Assembly (NCBI GenBank): GCA_017889625.1
Contig: JAGGAD010000013.1
Coordinates: 9,842-73,841 of the forward strand
Source of the DNA: Bacillota bacterium
GTDB taxonomy: Bacteria; Bacillota; Negativicutes; Sporomusales; CTSoil-080
Length of the DNA: 64,000 nucleotides
Direction: 5' to 3'
Below are positions 8,654 through 19,942 of this stretch, piece after piece. Both the position numbers and the translations under genes were made by a program. How positions within the stretch are numbered: the first letter of the stretch is position 1; every line of letters starts with the position of its first letter. Below the pieces are notes generated by a model. That model saw nothing but the letters and a program-made list of their open reading frames with translations. It ran no database searches and had not been told where the DNA came from.

Positions 8654-10814
8654 ATCACTTGTTGTGGTTGAATCGCCAGCAAAAGCCAAGACGATAGAGA
8701 AATTCTTGGGTAAAAACTACATTGTACGGGCGTCAATGGGTCATCTGCGCGATTTACCTAAAAGCCAATTTGGCGTAGATGTTGAGCAAGAATTTACACC
8801 TAAATATATTAACATTCGTGGCAAAGGTGATTTAATCAAAAAATTGCGGGATGAAGCCAAAAAAGCCGATTCGGTTTATCTGGCAACTGACCCGGATCGT
8901 GAAGGGGAGGCCATTGCCTGGCATTTGGCGCATATTTTGCACATTGAACCAGAACAACCTTGCCGGATCGAGTTTAATGAAATTACAAAAACAGCTATTC
9001 AAAGTGCGGTTAAAAAACCGCGTGCGATTGATCTTCCGAGGGTCGATGCTCAACAAGCCAGGAGGATATTGGATCGTATTGTTGGCTATAAGCTAAGCCC
9101 GTTGCTTTGGCGTAAAGTCAGAAAGGGCTTAAGTGCCGGTCGGGTACAATCGGTAACAGTTAAGCTTATTGTTGACCGGGAAAAAGAAATTGAAGCGTTT
9201 GTTGAAGAAGAATATTGGACAATAACCGTTAAATTGCGTGAAAAAGTAAAAGCGCCGCAGTTTGATTGTGAACTTATGCTGATTGATGGAAAAAAACCTG
9301 AGATCGGCGATGAACAAACGGCTGATACGCTTGTTAAAGAACTGGAACAAGCGGAATTTATTGTCAAGGAAGTTAAACGCCGTGAGCGGCGGCGTAATCC
9401 TGCTCCTCCATTTATTACCAGCAGTCTCCAGCAAGAAGCTGCCCGCAGGCTTGGTTTTACTACCCGTAAAACCATGATGCTGGCGCAGCAACTGTATGAA
9501 GGGGTTGAAGTGGCGAATGTGGGGCCAGTAGGGCTTGTTACATATATTCGTACTGATTCCACTCGAATTGCCCAGTCAGCGCAAGAAGAGGCGCGCCAAT
9601 ACGTGATTGGTAAATTTGGCGGGGATTATCTTCCGGAAAAAGCTCCGATTTATACTACTAAAAAGGCGCAGGATGCCCATGAGGCTATTCGGCCTACTAG
9701 TTTAGAATTTACGCCGGACATCCTGGTGAAGAGCCTCTCCCGTGACCAGTTACGCTTATATACTCTTGTTTGGGAAAGGTTTGTTGCTAGCCAGATGATA
9801 GCTGCGGTTTATGATACGTTAACCGTCGATATAATCGCTGGACGAATGGGACTTCGGGCTAATGGCTCAAGACTTAAGTTTCCAGGATTTTTGGCAGTGT
9901 ATAGCGATAGCAAGGATGAGAAGGAAAAAGATATTGCCATCCCTGAACTTAAAGTTGGCGAATCCTTGAAACTAAGTCAAGTGTTGCCCAAACAGCATTT
10001 TACGGAACCCCCGCCGCGTTATACGGAGGCGTCATTGATAAAAATTCTGGAGGAAAAGGGAATTGGCAGGCCAAGTACGTATGCGCCTATTGTTGAAACG
10101 ATAGTAGCGCGCGGCTATGTTGAAAGGATTGAAAAAAAGTTTCATCCAACTGAACTTGGCGACGTTGTTCTCGAACTGTTGGAAGAGTATTTCCCGGACA
10201 TTGTAGACGTTGGGTTTACGGCTGGCCTAGAAGATCGGCTGGATGATATTGCCGATGGTGAAAGATCACGGATAGCCGTACTCAAAGATTTCTATAGTCC
10301 GTTTGCCACTACGCTGGCTCATGCGGAAGAAGAAATTGGGCATGTTGAATTGCCGGTAGAAGTATCAGATGTTCCTTGTGAAAATTGCGGAAAAATGATG
10401 GTAGTAAAACATGGCCGCTATGGTAATTTTTTGGCTTGTCCCGGATTTCCCCAATGTCGTAACGCTAAACCGATAGTAAAAGAAATCGGGGTAAAATGCC
10501 CTAAATGTCAAGGGGCGGTAGTAGAACGGCGCACTAAGCGCGGTAAGACTTTTTACGGCTGCACCAATTACCCGGAATGCCAATATACTAGCTGGGATAT
10601 GCCACTAAATGAAACTTGCCCAGTGTGTGGCTCGATTAAAGTTCGCCATAATTTCCGCCAAGGCCGATTTTCAATAATGTGCAGTAATGAAGAGTGTTCT
10701 ACCAGAGCAAAAGAAGCTGCTGCGAAAAAAACTACAGCAAAAGCCGCGGCGAAGACTACACCAAAAACTAAAGGAAAAATTACCAAGAAGAAAAGTGGGG
10801 AAAAAAGTGAATAA
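8646..10814 (+). CDS. topA: DNA topoisomerase I
   Basis: About 722 aa. TOPRIM start [18 protein letters not shown] and [12 protein letters not shown]. Three C-terminal Zn ribbons (CENCG..CPGFPQC, CPKCQ..CTNYPEC, CPVCG) and a Lys-rich tail. TTG 8646 follows SD agggaggg. The ORF-track start at 8607 overlaps dprA. Confidence 0.93.
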   Translation: MNKSLVVVESPAKAKTIEKFLGKNYIVRASMGHLRDLPKSQFGVDVEQEFTPKYINIRGKGDLIKKLRDEAKKADSVYLATDPDREGEAIAWHLAHILHIEPEQPCRIEFNEITKTAIQSAVKKPRAIDLPRVDAQQARRILDRIVGYKLSPLLWRKVRKGLSAGRVQSVTVKLIVDREKEIEAFVEEEYWTITVKLREKVKAPQFDCELMLIDGKKPEIGDEQTADTLVKELEQAEFIVKEVKRRERRRNPAPPFITSSLQQEAARRLGFTTRKTMMLAQQLYEGVEVANVGPVGLVTYIRTDSTRIAQSAQEEARQYVIGKFGGDYLPEKAPIYTTKKAQDAHEAIRPTSLEFTPDILVKSLSRDQLRLYTLVWERFVASQMIAAVYDTLTVDIIAGRMGLRANGSRLKFPGFLAVYSDSKDEKEKDIAIPELKVGESLKLSQVLPKQHFTEPPPRYTEASLIKILEEKGIGRPSTYAPIVETIVARGYVERIEKKFHPTELGDVVLELLEEYFPDIVDVGFTAGLEDRLDDIADGERSRIAVLKDFYSPFATTLAHAEEEIGHVELPVEVSDVPCENCGKMMVVKHGRYGNFLACPGFPQCRNAKPIVKEIGVKCPKCQGAVVERRTKRGKTFYGCTNYPECQYTSWDMPLNETCPVCGSIKVRHNFRQGRFSIMCSNEECSTRAKEAAAKKTTAKAAAKTTPKTKGKITKKKSGEKSE

Positions 10815-12126
10815 AGTTGTTATCATTGGCGCTGGCTTAGCGGGCAGTGAGGCCGCATGGCAAGCCGCCAAAGCCGGAGTTGATGTCGAGTTATATGAGA
10901 TGCGTCCTAATGTGATGACTCCGGCTCATCATACGGGGTTGTTTGCGGAATTGGTCTGTAGTAATTCGCTCCGGGCGGCAGCCCCCGAAAATGCGGTTGG
11001 CCTGTTGAAAGAGGAAATGCGCCAGTTGGATTCTTTAATAATGCGGGCGGCTGATGCTTGCCGTGTTCCAGCGGGTGGGGCCATTGCTGTTGACCGGCAA
11101 ATGTTCAGTGAGTTTATAACCAATGAACTTTCCGCGCATCCGCAAGTAAAGATTATTAACCAAGAAATAACGATGATTCCTGAGGATATTCCGTTAATTA
11201 TTGCTAGTGGGCCATTGTCTTCGCCAGCTATTTCAGCGGCTATTGCTGAATTAACCGGGCAAGATTATCTTTATTTTTATGATGCTGCAGCACCGATCGT
11301 AACTGGAGAATCGTTGAATATGAATAAAATATATCGGGCTTCTCGGTACGGAAAAGGCGATGACGATTATCTAAACTGTCCGATGAATAAAGAAGAGTAT
11401 GAAAAGTTTTGGCATGAATTGACTAATGCCGAGACCGCTCCAGTAAAAGAATTTGAAAAAACGATTTTCTTTGAAGGGTGCATGCCGGTAGAAGAAATGG
11501 CCAGCCGGGGAATTGACACTTTGCGATTTGGTCCGCTCAAACCAGTTGGATTAGAACATCCTGAGACTGGCGAAGTTCCCTATGCGGTAATTCAGCTCCG
11601 CCAGGATAATGCGGCGGCTACACTGTTTAATATTGTCGGGTTTCAGACTCATCTTAAGTGGCCGGAACAGGAACGGGTCTTTAGGACTATCCCTGGATTA
11701 GAACAAGCGGAATTTGTCCGACTGGGCGTTATGCATCGTAACACCTTTATAAACTCACCGACACTGCTTAAGGATACTCTTGAAATGAGAGCTCGGGCCG
11801 ATGTTTTTTTTGCTGGTCAGATTACCGGAGTTGAGGGCTATGTTGAATCAGCGGCTGCAGGATTAGTTGCCGGAGTTAATGCGGCCCGCCGGGCAAATGG
11901 TAAGCTGGCGGTGACATTCCCGGTTGCAACGGCGCATGGAGCGCTATGTCATTATATTACCCATGCTGAATCCAAAAAGTTTCAGCCAATGAATATTAAC
12001 TTCGGTTTATTACCACCGGCTGAACGTAAGATAAGAGATAAAAAACAAAAAAATGCCTATATTTCTGAGAGAGCTTTAAATGAACTGAAAGAATTTATTG
12101 AAAAGTTAGACAATTATAATGTATAA
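10807..12126 (+). CDS. trmFO: Methylenetetrahydrofolate--tRNA-(uracil54-C5)-methyltransferase (Gid)
   Basis: About 439 aa. FAD motif [25 protein letters not shown], and the GFQTHLKW region. GTG 10807 overlaps the topA end. The ORF-track extension from 10687 is read-through of the topA tail in another frame. Confidence 0.92.
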   Translation: MNKVVIIGAGLAGSEAAWQAAKAGVDVELYEMRPNVMTPAHHTGLFAELVCSNSLRAAAPENAVGLLKEEMRQLDSLIMRAADACRVPAGGAIAVDRQMFSEFITNELSAHPQVKIINQEITMIPEDIPLIIASGPLSSPAISAAIAELTGQDYLYFYDAAAPIVTGESLNMNKIYRASRYGKGDDDYLNCPMNKEEYEKFWHELTNAETAPVKEFEKTIFFEGCMPVEEMASRGIDTLRFGPLKPVGLEHPETGEVPYAVIQLRQDNAAATLFNIVGFQTHLKWPEQERVFRTIPGLEQAEFVRLGVMHRNTFINSPTLLKDTLEMRARADVFFAGQITGVEGYVESAAAGLVAGVNAARRANGKLAVTFPVATAHGALCHYITHAESKKFQPMNINFGLLPPAERKIRDKKQKNAYISERALNELKEFIEKLDNYNV

Positions 12127-12201
12127 TTATTGCATAATCTTAGTATGTATGTTAGTATAAAACAGTATATCTAAGCTAAATTCGACAAAAAGCGTGATTA
12201 C

Positions 12202-13110
12202 ATGACGACTTATATAACCCAGCTTGAACAATTCATGCGTTATTTAAGTGTGGAAAAACACGCCTCGTTGCACACCGTAAATAATTACCGGGCAGATATT
12301 GAACGTTTTTTTATGTTTGCCAAGGAACAAGGTGTGGATGAGGTGAGTTTTTCGCAAGTATCAACTATTTTAATAAGAACTTATCTGGCTGTCCTCAAAG
12401 AAGAAAAATATGCAAGGCGAACGATTGCACGTAGAATTGCCTCGCTTAGATCTTTTTTTCGGTTTTTATGTCGGGAGGAAGTTATTGCCGACAATCCGTT
12501 TAATTATGTTCATACTCCTAAGCTAGATAAAAAGTTGCCGGTTTTTATGGATATAGCCGAGATTAATGCATTGTTAGAATTACCTGATAAAACTGCACTT
12601 GGCAAACGTGATGCGGCTATTTTGGAGTTGCTTTATGCCACCGGTATCCGGGTTAGCGAATTGGCGGGTCTTTCAATTACAGATGTTGATCTGGCTAGCA
12701 GTTTCGCCTTGATATATGGTAAAGGTGCAAAGGAACGGGTAGTCCCCGTGGGACGAAAGGCACTTAGCGCGGTCATTGAATATCTTCAAAGCAGTAGGCC
12801 TAGGTTAAGAGCAGCCGGGACAATTTTGCCACATGATACTTTGTTCGTAAATAAAAATGGTGGGCCATTGACTGATCGGAGTGTACGGAGAATTCTTAAA
12901 AAGTATGTTGATGCATTGGCAATCAAAAAAAACATTAGTCCGCATACCCTTCGTCATACTTTTGCCACCCATCTTCTTAATAATGGTGCTGATCTTCGCA
13001 CAGTTCAGGAATTACTCGGGCATGTAAATTTGTCGACAACTCAGCTATATACCCATGTAACCAAAGAAAGAATAAAGTCTGTATACCAAGGGGCACATCC
13101 GCGTGCTTAG
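12202..13110 (+). CDS. xerC: Tyrosine recombinase XerC (CodV-type)
   Basis: 302 aa. Motifs [50 protein letters not shown] (catalytic R..H-x-x-R..Y). Lies upstream of hslVU, as for B. subtilis codV. Confidence 0.88.
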   Translation: MTTYITQLEQFMRYLSVEKHASLHTVNNYRADIERFFMFAKEQGVDEVSFSQVSTILIRTYLAVLKEEKYARRTIARRIASLRSFFRFLCREEVIADNPFNYVHTPKLDKKLPVFMDIAEINALLELPDKTALGKRDAAILELLYATGIRVSELAGLSITDVDLASSFALIYGKGAKERVVPVGRKALSAVIEYLQSSRPRLRAAGTILPHDTLFVNKNGGPLTDRSVRRILKKYVDALAIKKNISPHTLRHTFATHLLNNGADLRTVQELLGHVNLSTTQLYTHVTKERIKSVYQGAHPRA

Positions 13111-13121
13111 GAGGTGAATCA

Positions 13122-13652
13122 ATGTTTCATGCAACTACAATTGTCGCTGTTCGTCATAATGGAAAAACGGCGATTGCTGGCGATGGTCAGGTAACTTTTG
13201 GTGGTAACACGATTATGAAACATAATGCTAAAAAAGTTCGCCGCCTTTATCATGGAAAAATCTTAGCTGGTTTTGCCGGATCGGTAGCTGATGCATTTAC
13301 GTTATTTACAAAATTTGAACAGAAATTAGAAGAGTATAATGGCAATATGATGCGTTCTGCAGTTGAACTTGCCAAAGATTGGCGGACAGACAGAGTCCTC
13401 AGAAAGCTCGAAGCTTTGTTAATTGTTACTGACGCTGAGCATATGCTGATTATTTCTGGCAATGGAGAAGTGATTGAGCCTGATGATGGTGTTAGTGCTA
13501 TTGGGTCGGGCGGCCCGTATGCTTTGGCTGCGGCCAGGGCTCTAGTGGGTCACTCTTCCTTAACGGCACCGGAGATTGCCAGACAGGCTATTGACATTGC
13601 AGCTTCAATTTGCATTTTCACCAACAACAATATAACTGTTGAGGAAATATAA
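13122..13652 (+). CDS. hslV: ATP-dependent protease subunit HslV (ClpQ)
   Basis: 176 aa. Motifs [23 protein letters not shown] and [14 protein letters not shown]. Confidence 0.93.
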   Translation: MFHATTIVAVRHNGKTAIAGDGQVTFGGNTIMKHNAKKVRRLYHGKILAGFAGSVADAFTLFTKFEQKLEEYNGNMMRSAVELAKDWRTDRVLRKLEALLIVTDAEHMLIISGNGEVIEPDDGVSAIGSGGPYALAAARALVGHSSLTAPEIARQAIDIAASICIFTNNNITVEEI

Positions 13653-13663
13653 AGGAGGGACGA

Positions 13664-15067
13664 TTGTTGACCGAATTGACGCCCCGTCAAATTGTTCAAG
13701 AATTGAGCAAGTATATTGTAGGGCAGCAACAAGCAAAAAAATCGGTGGCTATTGCCCTGCGTAACAGGTGGCGAAGCACGCAACTGCCAGAAGAGCTAAA
13801 AGAAGAAATAGTTCCTAAAAATATATTGATGATCGGTCCGACCGGAGTTGGGAAGACTGAAATTGCTCGTCGATTGGCTAAGTTGGTGAATGCTCCTTTT
13901 GTTAAAGTGGAGGCTACAAAGTTTACTGAGGTTGGTTATGTTGGCCGTGATGTTGAGTCAATGGTCAGGGATTTGGTAGAGACAGCCATTAGAATGGTTA
14001 AACAAGATAAAATGCTGGATGTTATGGATAAAGCCCAAAAACTTGCCGATGAACGCATTTTGGACTATTTTAAACCGCTGCATGCGAAAGAACAGGCCCG
14101 TAATCCATTTGAAATGTTTTTTGCAGGTTCAAATGCTTCGACCGATAATAGTGCCGCACCTGCGTCGGATGTAACGGTTACGGTTACTGATGCTGTACGT
14201 GAAGGCTGGCGAAGCCGCTTGGAAAACGGTGAACTTGAAGAAGAACTAATAGAAATATTAGTAGAAGACAACAACCAGCCAATGGTTGGAATGTTTGCCG
14301 GATCAGGCATGGAAGAAATGGGTTTTAATATTAATGACATGCTTGGTAGTTTTTTACCGAAAAAGCAGAAAAAACGCAAAGTAACTGTTGCTAATGCCAG
14401 AAAGATATTTATTCAGGAAGAGGCGCAAAAACTTATCGATATGGATGACGTTATTTCTACGGCAATTAATTTGGCTGAAATGTCGGGAATTATCTTCCTT
14501 GATGAAATCGATAAAGTTGCTGGGCGCGGAAGTTCAGCAGGACCGGATGTATCTAGAGAAGGGGTCCAACGAGATATTTTACCAATTGTTGAAGGATCTA
14601 CTATTGTGACTAAATATGGTCCGGTTAAAACGGATCGGGTATTGTTTATTGCTGCTGGCGCATTCCATATATCTAAACCATCTGATCTTATTCCTGAACT
14701 GCAGGGCAGGTTTCCGATTCGAGTTGAATTGACTAGTTTAACGAAGGAAGATTTTAGACAAATCCTTACAGAACCTGCTAATGCTCTACTAAAACAGTAT
14801 ACTTATCTTTTAGAAACAGAAGGAATTAAGATAGATTTTAGCGAAGAAGCTATAGATGAATTGGCAGAAATTGCGTGTGCAGTAAATGCTCAGACAGAAA
14901 ATATCGGCGCTAGACGTCTCCACACGGTATTGGAAAAGCTTTTAGAAGATATAGCGTTTGATGCACCTGATTTACCGGAAAAAACTATATCTATAAGCCG
15001 TGAGTATGTAAAGACAGTGCTGGACCCAATTGTTGTTAATCAAGATCTTAGTCACTTTATATTATAA
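13664..15067 (+). CDS. hslU: ATP-dependent protease ATPase subunit HslU (ClpY)
   Basis: 467 aa. Motifs [17 protein letters not shown], Walker [16 protein letters not shown], Walker [10 protein letters not shown], and sensor region [10 protein letters not shown]. Confidence 0.93.
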   Translation: MLTELTPRQIVQELSKYIVGQQQAKKSVAIALRNRWRSTQLPEELKEEIVPKNILMIGPTGVGKTEIARRLAKLVNAPFVKVEATKFTEVGYVGRDVESMVRDLVETAIRMVKQDKMLDVMDKAQKLADERILDYFKPLHAKEQARNPFEMFFAGSNASTDNSAAPASDVTVTVTDAVREGWRSRLENGELEEELIEILVEDNNQPMVGMFAGSGMEEMGFNINDMLGSFLPKKQKKRKVTVANARKIFIQEEAQKLIDMDDVISTAINLAEMSGIIFLDEIDKVAGRGSSAGPDVSREGVQRDILPIVEGSTIVTKYGPVKTDRVLFIAAGAFHISKPSDLIPELQGRFPIRVELTSLTKEDFRQILTEPANALLKQYTYLLETEGIKIDFSEEAIDELAEIACAVNAQTENIGARRLHTVLEKLLEDIAFDAPDLPEKTISISREYVKTVLDPIVVNQDLSHFIL

Positions 15068-15095
15068 AAAATTTATTTGTCTATTGAAAGGCAGG

Positions 15096-15884
15096 ATGAT
15101 CGAAGTGTTATCGTCATTATTAGAACGTACCCGTAAAATTAACAAGTTGCTTCAGAAATCGGATAAAGTGGAATACTATGAGATATCAGAGGTGCTTTCA
15201 TCAGTTATAAGCGCTAATGTGTATATTGTCAGTAAAGATGGGACTGTATTGGGATATGCCCTGCAGCATGATTTTGAATGCGACATTATGCGTGACCGTG
15301 TGCTTGACAAAAAGGTATTTCCTGAGCATTATGTGGAATGGTTGCTAAGGATTCATGACACATCACCAAACTTAAAACTTAAAAAGGGAATATGTGCCTT
15401 CAGTGAAGGTATGGAGTGTATGTTCAAGGATAAGTTTACTACTGTTGTGCCTATTCATGGCGGTGGTGAGCGAATTGGCACATTACTTATAGCAAAATTT
15501 GAAATGGAATTTAACGATGATGATTTAGTTCTGGCAGAATACGGTGCCACTGTTGTTGGAATGGAAATTCTTCGGGATCGCAGTGATAAAATTGAAGAAG
15601 AAGCTCGCAAAAAAGCAACAGTACAGGTTGCACTTGGAACGTTATCCTACTCGGAATTAGAGGCTGTAATGCACATTCTCAATGAATTAGACGGCGATGA
15701 GGGGTTATTAGTTGCGAGTAAAATTGCTGATCGGGTGGGAATTACGCGCTCGGTAATTGTAAATGCTTTAAGGAAGTTCGAAAGTGCCGGAGTAATTGAA
15801 TCAAAATCTTTGGGCATGAAGGGGACTTATATCAAGGTATTGAATGAACGATTACTGGATGAATTGAAAAAAATTAAAAAATAG
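15096..15884 (+). CDS. codY: GTP/BCAA-sensing global repressor CodY
   Basis: 262 aa. N-terminal [13 protein letters not shown] (GAF domain). C-terminal w[29 protein letters not shown]. The ORF-track start at 15030 overlaps the hslU end. Confidence 0.92.
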   Translation: MIEVLSSLLERTRKINKLLQKSDKVEYYEISEVLSSVISANVYIVSKDGTVLGYALQHDFECDIMRDRVLDKKVFPEHYVEWLLRIHDTSPNLKLKKGICAFSEGMECMFKDKFTTVVPIHGGGERIGTLLIAKFEMEFNDDDLVLAEYGATVVGMEILRDRSDKIEEEARKKATVQVALGTLSYSELEAVMHILNELDGDEGLLVASKIADRVGITRSVIVNALRKFESAGVIESKSLGMKGTYIKVLNERLLDELKKIKK

Positions 15885-15950
15885 GTCCAAAGTCCTCTAA
15901 AATGCAGAGGAAAGGCCTATTTAATATAATAATAAGTCTTTGGTCCTAAG

Positions 15951-15978
15951 AACCACCTGCTTTTTGCAGGTGGTTTTT
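15951..15978 (+). terminator. Rho-independent terminator after codY
   Basis: 10-bp stem aaccacctgc (15951-15960) / gcaggtggtt (15966-15975), 5-nt loop. The 3' arm runs into a T5 tract (15974-15978). Confidence 0.85.
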
Positions 15979-16140
15979 CTATATATTGGAATAAAACTAA
16001 TAAAAAGTTGTAGCGTTGACATAAAAATATCATATGAAAGTCGATTTTAGTCGATTGATAGAAAGGATTTCTGTAAAATATGTAGAATCTTGTTTAAGTG
16101 AAATTAAGATGAAAATTTACAGGGAACGTAAGGAGGACTT

Positions 16141-16551
16141 ATGGTCAAGTCGATATTATCGTCACAAACGGAGGACGTGTTGGGAAAAGCATTGGCGGCG
16201 TCCTCTCTGCGTCATAAAATAATTAGCAATAATATTGCCAATGTGAACACTCCCGAATTTAAGCGGAGTGATGTCTTATTTGAAGACCGTTTAGCAGAAG
16301 CGTTAAATCCTTCAAAAGCATTGCCTGCGAGAACTAATGAACGCCATTTAGCCGGGCGTAACAGCGGCAGTTTTTCGCCGTCGATCATCACCGAAACCAA
16401 TACCAGTATACGAGTGGATGGTAGTAATGTTGATATCGATGTAGAAATGGCTAATCTTGCTAAAAACAACATTTATTATGATGCTGTAGCAAAACAACTG
16501 GGTAGATATTTTTCCAATATAAAAGCGGCAATTAATGAAGGGAGACGGTAA
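16141..16551 (+). CDS. flgB: Flagellar basal-body rod protein FlgB
   Basis: 136 aa. Rod N-terminal motif NNIANVNTPEFKR. SD aaggagg. First gene of the fla/che cluster, after codY. Confidence 0.92.
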   Translation: MVKSILSSQTEDVLGKALAASSLRHKIISNNIANVNTPEFKRSDVLFEDRLAEALNPSKALPARTNERHLAGRNSGSFSPSIITETNTSIRVDGSNVDIDVEMANLAKNNIYYDAVAKQLGRYFSNIKAAINEGRR

Positions 16552-16554
16552 TTA

Positions 16555-16992
16555 GTGGGAATGTTTGGTGGGATTGATGCTGCGGCGTCCGGGATGACTG
16601 CGGAAAGGTTACGGATGGATGTCATCTCTAACAATATTGCGAATGTAAATACTACTCGCACAGCGCAGGGGGGCGCTTATCGCCGCCAAATGGTTGTGTT
16701 TCAGTCTAGAACAGCTGAAAATTCGCCGTTTAGCCAGGTGTTATCGCGTAAACTTGAGGCCGGAGACGGGGTAAAAGTTGTTGGGATAGTAAAAGATCAA
16801 TCGCCGCTTAGAAAGGTGTATGATCCTAATCATCCCGATGCCAATCAAGATGGGTATGTTGATATGCCGAACATTAATGTAGTTGCTGAAATGGTGGATA
16901 TGATTACAGCCACTAGAGCGTATGAAGCAAATGTAACTGCGGTAAATGCCGCAAAAAACATGGCTTTAAAAGCGCTTGAAATTGGTGGTTAA
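16555..16992 (+). CDS. flgC: Flagellar basal-body rod protein FlgC
   Basis: 145 aa. Motif SNNIANVNTTRT; C-terminal ATRAYEANVTAVNAAKNMALKALEI. ATG 16561 is an alternative start. Confidence 0.92.
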   Translation: MGMFGGIDAAASGMTAERLRMDVISNNIANVNTTRTAQGGAYRRQMVVFQSRTAENSPFSQVLSRKLEAGDGVKVVGIVKDQSPLRKVYDPNHPDANQDGYVDMPNINVVAEMVDMITATRAYEANVTAVNAAKNMALKALEIGG

Positions 16993-17008
16993 AGGAGTGT
17001 AAGCAAAG

Positions 17009-17314
17009 ATGGGAATTGCGCCATTAAAACTCTTACCAGTAAATCCGCTTAAGACAGCAAGTGAAAATGAAGCAGTTCCGCGTGTTGGTGGGGGAAATGA
17101 TTTTGGTAAGATTCTAGCAGATGCACTAAATGATGTAAATAAAGTTCAGCAAGAAGCAAAACAAGCAACAAATAATCTGGCCACTGGAAAGATCCAAGAC
17201 ATATCCGAGGTAGTAATCGCCTCTGAAAAAGCGACAATTGCTTTGCAACTTACCATGCAGGTAAGAAATAAGGTTGTTGATGCTTATCAGGAAATAATGC
17301 GGATGCAAGTATGA
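17009..17314 (+). CDS. fliE: Flagellar hook-basal body complex protein FliE
   Basis: 101 aa. C-terminal ATIALQLTMQVRNKVVDAYQEIMRMQV is typical of FliE. Position flgC-fliE-fliF. Confidence 0.9.
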   Translation: MGIAPLKLLPVNPLKTASENEAVPRVGGGNDFGKILADALNDVNKVQQEAKQATNNLATGKIQDISEVVIASEKATIALQLTMQVRNKVVDAYQEIMRMQV

Positions 17315-17363
17315 GGATAGGCTGTTGGATTGTGTATTATTCGTGGCTTAAAGAGGTGTGATA

Positions 17364-18914
17364 ATGGCCGAAATGCACGAACAGATGCTGCGACTATGGA
17401 AAAACCTCAACAAAAAACAACGCTATCTAATTATTGCTTCTGCCGCGCTAGTATTTTTGGCGATTATTGGTTGGAGTTTCTGGTGGGGGACACGTACTGA
17501 GTATGTTCCGTTATTTACAGGATTAGATGCTAAAGATGCGGGGGAAGTTGCAGCAAAGCTTAAAGAAAAGAAAATTGTCTATGAACTAGGTAATAATGGA
17601 ACATCAATAATGGTTTCGTCAAAGGATGTTTACCAAGTTCGGCTGGATTTAGCTAGTGAGGGATTGCCGAAAGGCAGTAAGGGCTTTGAAATATTTGATC
17701 AAAATAAATTTGGCACTACGGATTTTCAAAACAAGGTTTACTATTTGCAAGCGCTTCAAGGTGAACTAACGCGAACTATTGAACAAATGGCCGAAGTTGA
17801 AAAAGCTCGGGTTCATATTGTTTTGCCTGAGGATAGCTTGTATAAGAAGAATGAGAAACAGGCAACCGCGTCAATAATGGTCAAACTTCGCCCATCAACC
17901 AAACTATCGCGTGCTCAGGTCAAAGGTATAGTAAATTTGGTGGCGCATAGTATTCAAGGTTTAAAACCTGAAAATATCACAGTTATTGATAATTTTGCTC
18001 AGGTCTTAAATGAACAGGATGCTGACCAGCAGATGACTGGCTCGGGTACTGTGACTCAGATTGAATTAACGAAAAAAGTTCAGGATGACTTGCAAAAAAA
18101 TGCTCAGTCATTGTTGGAACAGGTTTTAGGACCGGGAAAAGCGGCAGTTCGGGTTAATGTAGAACTAAGCTTTGATCAAAAAACAGTAGATCGACAAGTG
18201 TTTGAACCAGTTGTTGATGATAAAGGTATCGTTAGAAGTTCGCAGGAAATTAATGAGAACTTTAAAGGTTCCAATGCCCAACCAGGTGGTGTGGCAGGAA
18301 CTTCGTCGAATATTCCCGGATATGCTACGAATAGTAATGGTCAATCTAACTATGAGAAAAAAGATGTTACTCGCAATTATGAAATAAATGAAACTAAAGA
18401 AAAAACTGTAGTTGCCCCAGGGGCGATTAAACGTTTGACAGTTTCAGTGCTTGTTGATGGTGCGGTAGATAGCACTCAACAAGCTAGTATAATGAAAACA
18501 ATCTCAGCCGCTGTGGGAGTTAATCCGACACGTGGCGATGTTGTTACGGTAGAAAGCATTGCGTTTAGTACTGACGTTGCAGATAAAATGCGGCAAGAGG
18601 AAGAGGCGGCAAAAGCACAACAGACCAGAGAAATGTTGATGAAATATGGTGCGGTAGCAATTGCGATTATTGCGATTTTGTATCTCTTGTATTTGCATCT
18701 GAAGCGGAAGCGCCAAGCCGAGGAAGAAGCGGCAATGTTGGAATTAGGACCGCAAGCTTTTGCAATGGATGAAGATGAAGATGCTGAAGAAGTTGAAGAG
18801 GCATCGCCGGAAGAGCAAGAACGTCTGAACCAACGCGAAGCTATTACCCAATTCGCTAAATCAAGGCCTGAAGAAGTTGCTCAACTTATTAGAACATGGG
18901 TAAATGAGGAGTAG
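17364..18914 (+). CDS. fliF: Flagellar MS-ring protein FliF
   Basis: About 516 aa. N-terminal TM, periplasmic ring-building region, C-terminal TM (YGAVAIAIIAILYLLYL) and an acidic FliG-binding tail. SD aagagg lies 7 nt before ATG 17364. Confidence 0.92.
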   Translation: MAEMHEQMLRLWKNLNKKQRYLIIASAALVFLAIIGWSFWWGTRTEYVPLFTGLDAKDAGEVAAKLKEKKIVYELGNNGTSIMVSSKDVYQVRLDLASEGLPKGSKGFEIFDQNKFGTTDFQNKVYYLQALQGELTRTIEQMAEVEKARVHIVLPEDSLYKKNEKQATASIMVKLRPSTKLSRAQVKGIVNLVAHSIQGLKPENITVIDNFAQVLNEQDADQQMTGSGTVTQIELTKKVQDDLQKNAQSLLEQVLGPGKAAVRVNVELSFDQKTVDRQVFEPVVDDKGIVRSSQEINENFKGSNAQPGGVAGTSSNIPGYATNSNGQSNYEKKDVTRNYEINETKEKTVVAPGAIKRLTVSVLVDGAVDSTQQASIMKTISAAVGVNPTRGDVVTVESIAFSTDVADKMRQEEEAAKAQQTREMLMKYGAVAIAIIAILYLLYLHLKRKRQAEEEAAMLELGPQAFAMDEDEDAEEVEEASPEEQERLNQREAITQFAKSRPEEVAQLIRTWVNEE

Positions 18915-18931
18915 CGGAAAAGGGGGAGGAC

Positions 18932-19942
18932 ATGTTTCAGATTAATGATTTGAATGGAAAGCAAAAAGCGGCAATATTGCTCATTGCTCTTGGCCCGGAT
19001 ACAGCTTCTCAAGTGTTTAAACATCTCAGTGAAGATGAAATTGAAAAGCTTACCCTGGAAATTGCCAATCAGCGAAAAGTTACTCAGGAGCAAAAAGACG
19101 CGGTATTGGTTGAGTTTCACCAAATGTGCTTGGCCAGGGAATATATTTCTACTGGCGGCATTGATTATGCACGGGAAATTATTGAAAAAGCGCTTGGCTC
19201 CGAAAAGGCTGTAGCAATTATTAACCGTTTGACATCAAGTCTTCAAATTAGACCATTTGACTTTGCACGTAAAACCGATCCGTCTCAATTGCTGAACTTT
19301 ATTCAGAATGAGCATCCGCAGACTATTGCTTTAATTATGGCTTATCTACAACCGGAACAGGCGGCAGCTATCATTTCAGCTTTGCCACCTGATCGACAAG
19401 TAGATGTAGCAAACCGGATTGCTCAAATGGATCGAACCTCGCCGGAAATTCTTAAGGATGTGGAACGTATACTGGAACGCAAGTTATCGTCTTTGGTTAC
19501 CCAAGACTTTACGGCAGCCGGTGGTGTTGATTCGATCGTTGAAGTTCTTAATCGAGTTGACCGTGCTACTGAACGTACTATTATTGAAAATCTTGAAGTT
19601 CAGAATCCTGAGTTGGCTGAAGAAATTAAGAAGAAAATGTTTGTCTTCGAAGACATTGTTCTTTTGGACGACCGTTCCTTGCAGATTGTGCTTAGGGAAA
19701 TTGATTCTAAAGAACTGGCGTTGGCGCTCAAGGCATCTTCGACCGAAGTGGCCGAAAAAATTTACAAAAATATGTCGAAACGGGCAGCAGAAATGTTGCG
19801 TGAAGAACTGCAGTACATGGGACCTGTACGAATTCGCGATGTCGAAGAGTCCCAGCAAAAAGTGGTCAATGTTATCCGGCGCCTCGAAGAGGCTGGCGAA
19901 ATTATAGTTTCCCGAGGCAAAGGAGACGAGGTAATTGTCTAG
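18932..19942 (+). CDS. fliG: Flagellar motor switch protein FliG
   Basis: 336 aa. Motifs GKQKAAILLIALG, the MFVFEDI segment, and the C-terminal torque-helix region. Position after fliF. Confidence 0.93.
   Translation: MFQINDLNGKQKAAILLIALGPDTASQVFKHLSEDEIEKLTLEIANQRKVTQEQKDAVLVEFHQMCLAREYISTGGIDYAREIIEKALGSEKAVAIINRLTSSLQIRPFDFARKTDPSQLLNFIQNEHPQTIALIMAYLQPEQAAAIISALPPDRQVDVANRIAQMDRTSPEILKDVERILERKLSSLVTQDFTAAGGVDSIVEVLNRVDRATERTIIENLEVQNPELAEEIKKKMFVFEDIVLLDDRSLQIVLREIDSKELALALKASSTEVAEKIYKNMSKRAAEMLREELQYMGPVRIRDVEESQQKVVNVIRRLEEAGEIIVSRGKGDEVIV

Noticed and set aside
9086-9562. Two overlapping minus-strand ORFs (158 and 120 aa) and a + strand alternative-frame ORF inside topA
   Set aside because: They lie inside a highly conserved topA, and the translations are low complexity.
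10687-10806. Long N-terminal extensions suggested by the ORF track (trmFO 10687, codY 15030, flhB 34143, rpsB 48561, frr 50868, uppS 51708, fliP 32351, amtB 550)
   Set aside because: These are upstream in-frame read-throughs overlapping the preceding gene or leader. Conserved N-termini and SD spacing support the downstream starts given in the feature list.
16016-16021. Perfect TTGACA -35 hexamer upstream of flgB
   Set aside because: No acceptable -10 hexamer lies 16-18 nt downstream (agtcga, aagtcg), so I do not call it a sigma-A promoter.
16064-16080. CodY-box-like sequence (ggatttctgtaaaat) in the flgB leader
   Set aside because: It has about 5 mismatches to the 15-nt AATTTTCWGAAAATT consensus, which is too weak to call without a scoring matrix.
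16034-16222. 62-aa + strand ORF spanning the flgB leader and start
   Set aside because: It overlaps the flgB SD and start out of frame and encodes a basic, low-complexity peptide. It is most likely not coding.
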